From NCBI GenBank assembly GCA_965287045.1, contig OZ336900.1, forward strand, positions 20,398,001 through 20,462,000: a stretch of 64,000 nucleotides of DNA. The letters run 5' to 3'. Shown here one piece after another: positions 63,245 through 64,000 of the stretch. The notes beneath the pieces are model-generated. The model saw nothing but the letters and a program-made list of their open reading frames with translations, searched no databases and was not told the DNA's origin. The stretch is from Carcharhinus amblyrhynchos. Taxonomy: Eukaryota. Position 1 is the stretch's first letter; each line of letters starts with the position of its first letter. Both the position numbers and the translations under genes were made by a program.

Positions 63245-64000
63245 TGTAATTAAAAGCACATGGGATCGGGGTGGTGTGTTGAGATGGTGAGAAAACTGGT
63301 TGGCAGACAGAAAGCAAAGAGTAGGAATAAATGGGCCATTTTCCAAGTGGCAGGCAGTGAATAGTGGAATAGTACAGGGATCAGTGCTGGGACCCCAGCT
63401 ATTCACAATATATATTAATATATTATGATTTAGATGAGGGAACTAACTGTACGTCTCCACCAAGCTGGGTGGGGCAGGGCGGGGGAGGTGAGCTGCGAGA
63501 AGGATGCAGAGATGCTTCAGTGTGACTTGGACAAGTTGAGTGAGTGGGCAAATGCATGGCAGATGCAATATAATATGGATAAATGTGAGGTTACTCACTT
63601 TGGTAGCAAAAAGAGATAAGCAGATTATTATCTGAATGGCTACAGACTAAAAGAGGGGATGGTGCAATGAGACCTGGGTATCCTTGTACATCAGTTGCTG
63701 AAAGTAAGCATGCAGGTGCAGCAGGCGGTGAAGGCAGCAAATGGTACATTGGTTTTTGTACTGAGATGATTGAGCACAGGAGTCGTGATGTCTTGTTGCA
63801 GTTATATCAGGCTTTGGGGAAACCAGAACAGGAATAGCGTGTGCAGTTTTGGTCTCCTTACCGGAGGAAGAATGTTTTTGCTAATGAGGGAGTGCAGTGA
63901 AGGTTTACCAGACTGATTCTTAGGATGGTGGGGCTGATGTATGAGGTGAGATTGAGTCAGTTAGGATTATATTTGCTGGAGTTTACAAGAATGGGGAGGA
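63245..64000 (+). mobile_element. CR1 RT fragment running off the window
   Basis: QGSVLGPQLFTIYIN, WQMQYNMDKCEVTHFG. Confidence 0.9.

Overview
Repeat-rich vertebrate genomic DNA, almost certainly from an elasmobranch (shark): it carries HE1-type V-SINEs, abundant CR1/HER1-like LINE fragments, L2 and Rex1/Babar fragments, Penelope-like elements and Gypsy LTRs. The main host gene is SHLD2 (FAM35A, shieldin subunit 2) on the minus strand. Its last seven coding exons lie at 48666-29246 with GT-AG boundaries and mutually compatible phases; the large upstream exon was not found and probably lies beyond base 64000. Facing it on the plus strand are frameshifted remnants of SYT15 (synaptotagmin-15: transmembrane exon and C2A exon), which look like a unitary pseudogene at its ancestral position. 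A repeat-free, promoter-like block at about 1.25-2.36 kb has a strong minus-strand splice donor and may be a non-coding first exon (GPRIN2 by synteny inference only). Other notable structures: self-inverted Penelope mini-elements with target-site duplications that carry minimal hammerhead ribozyme cores, two of them intact in the sense of the SHLD2 pre-mRNA; a 33-bp tandem repeat that creates in-frame alternative acceptors before the 207-bp SHLD2 exon; a ~360-bp intronic inverted duplication; and a tail-swapped V-SINE subfamily. Homology calls come from my recollection of human/mouse sequences and repeat families, not from searches. Repeat boundaries are approximate.
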